Origin: Diadema setosum
Lineage: Eukaryota
Assembly: GCF_964275005.1 (NCBI RefSeq)
Contig: NC_092698.1
Location: forward strand, 37,616,597-37,680,596
Length of the DNA stretch: 64,000 bases
Direction of reading: 5' to 3'
The notes under the pieces were generated by a model. That model made no database searches and was not told the origin of the DNA. It was given only the letters and a program-made list of their open reading frames with translations. Shown here piece by piece: positions 62,550 to 64,000 of this stretch. Within the stretch, counting starts at the first letter, position 1. Each line of letters starts with the position of its first letter. The position numbers and the translations under genes are program-made.

Positions 62550-63208
62550 TTTAGATTCCTTGCAGTGCCCCTGTAATGCATCATTGATCTATCTTGCCTC
62601 AACTCATGTCCAAGATTTACAAATGGGCCTTTTTTTTTATTGCCCTGTGAATAATGCAATATAGAGGATATGGATTGGTATGATACTTGAGTGCATTCTG
62701 GATGTTATCACCATGTGGAATGATTGTATGTTTCTTTTATACCCAATATTCTCCCTCATTTCATCCCAATTTCTGATTTCACTTTAATATTTCATGTCAA
62801 TGATTTGCATGTGGTGGAGAGGATCTATAGCTTCTATCACCATTTTCCTGATTTTTAGAATGAAAGAATATAAACTCTAAATTCTAAACTAGATATAGAC
62901 TACATTGGAATATTTCATCACTTTGCTCACTTTTGCATTCAAACACATTTCTTATCGTAAAGAGGCAGATGAAATCCTCTTATACAATAATACATAATGG
63001 AAATTACTGTCCAGACTATACATGAAGCATGCTACCATGCTCACCTTTTGTAATTGAAGGGGGGGGGGGGGGGGGGAAGGAATGTACCGTTTCATTGCAA
63101 GTATAGCTACAGCCATGATTTTTCATTTGTCTTCTAATAAGCCAACTGGAAGGAATCATGCAATGATGTATAGATGAATTATATGATTCAATAGGGAACA
63201 TTACAATT

Positions 63209-63577
63209 TTAAAGGCACAATTTACTATTTGCAGATGAAACAAAAACGCAGCATTAGTGCTTCAAAATAGTTCTAAAATGTGAGTTAGGGATAGGAACAA
63301 AACATGAAAAAATTTGAACCAGTATATTCAATGTTAAGTATTGTTAAATACCGGTATACAAAATGTGAACAATAGTTATAATAAAAATGTTTTCAGACTA
63401 AACCGTCTACAGTTATGGTTTAATGAGAAAAACAGAGATATCTCCTTATATTTTAGGCTTTATTGCACAAATTTTATATGGTACAATGTTTTGTGATACA
63501 ACTGATCGACACATACGCATCAAATGTGATATCTTGAACATTTTTTAAATCACTGCTCCCAAAGGTAAACAGGACCT
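63209..63577. repeat. ~380-bp interspersed repeat family, full copy 3.
   Basis: TTAAAGGCACAATTTACTATTTGCAGATGAAAC...CTGCTCCCAAAGGTAAACAGGACCT; collinear with 30072..30448 and 62186..62549. Confidence 0.7.
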
Positions 63578-64000
63578 CTAAGTGTATTTTGTATTTCAAA
63601 ATTGGTGATAGAGGCTGATCAACTTGTCATTCCATCTTCAGTTTTTTTTTTCTATGCTTTCTATCTATCATCATTTGTTTAGCTTACTTGGTTACATGTA
63701 CGTGTACTACTTCATTGTTTCTGTTGTATGAATACTGCTTATTTATATTTGTTTGCATTGAGCACATAGTTCAGTTTTATGTTAGTCTTGGATTGTCTCC
63801 TGTGCACGACTTCATTTCAACTTTGTGACCTGTATGGAATACGAATGACATATCACCTATGTTAGTATGGATATCATTGGATTAATTATGGTGTCATACA
63901 CATGTCACTGCAAGAAACACCTATAGACAGATGAGCTGGAAGACAAGCACTGTGATTGGTGAATTCACATGATTGACAAATTTTGAAACCATCTTATGGT

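Overview
This is eukaryotic (metazoan, probably invertebrate) nuclear DNA, AT-rich, with GT-AG introns and no prokaryotic operon structure. I found no CRISPR array, rRNA gene or confident tRNA gene. Two protein-coding genes are arranged head-to-head. (1) On the minus strand, a three-exon gene for a LysM-domain protein of the LYSMD1/2 family, closest to LYSMD2 (CDS 11481..3532). Its 6.5-kb first intron carries a Tc1-like MITE. (2) On the plus strand, a large ortholog of TEP1, the telomerase/vault-associated protein 1, starting at 22102 and running past 59329. I reconstructed 40 phase-consistent coding exons (about 2261 aa) with the TROVE - DUF4062-like - NACHT (Walker A GKHGCGKT) - WD40 architecture. 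Its 3' end is not resolved inside the window. The ~10.6-kb intergenic spacer and most TEP1 introns are densely colonised by non-autonomous TIR elements. These include at least four Tc1/mariner-like MITE families with TA|CAGT termini. There is also a piggyBac-like TTAA-flanked family, present as 85-bp mini-copies, a ~270-bp parent and a separate 807-bp element. In addition there is a 700-bp TIR element in two inverted copies and a ~380-bp interspersed family in four copies. A perfectly pure (CAG)125 tract lies in a TEP1 intron. Exon coordinates are anchored to the supplied ORF-track coordinates wherever an ORF overlaps. Exons without an overlapping ORF are flagged (+/-1-2 nt). No candidate novel defence or biosynthetic system is supported by the sequence. 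The notable content is the TEP1 gene, a STAND NTPase, together with its extreme MITE and repeat load.
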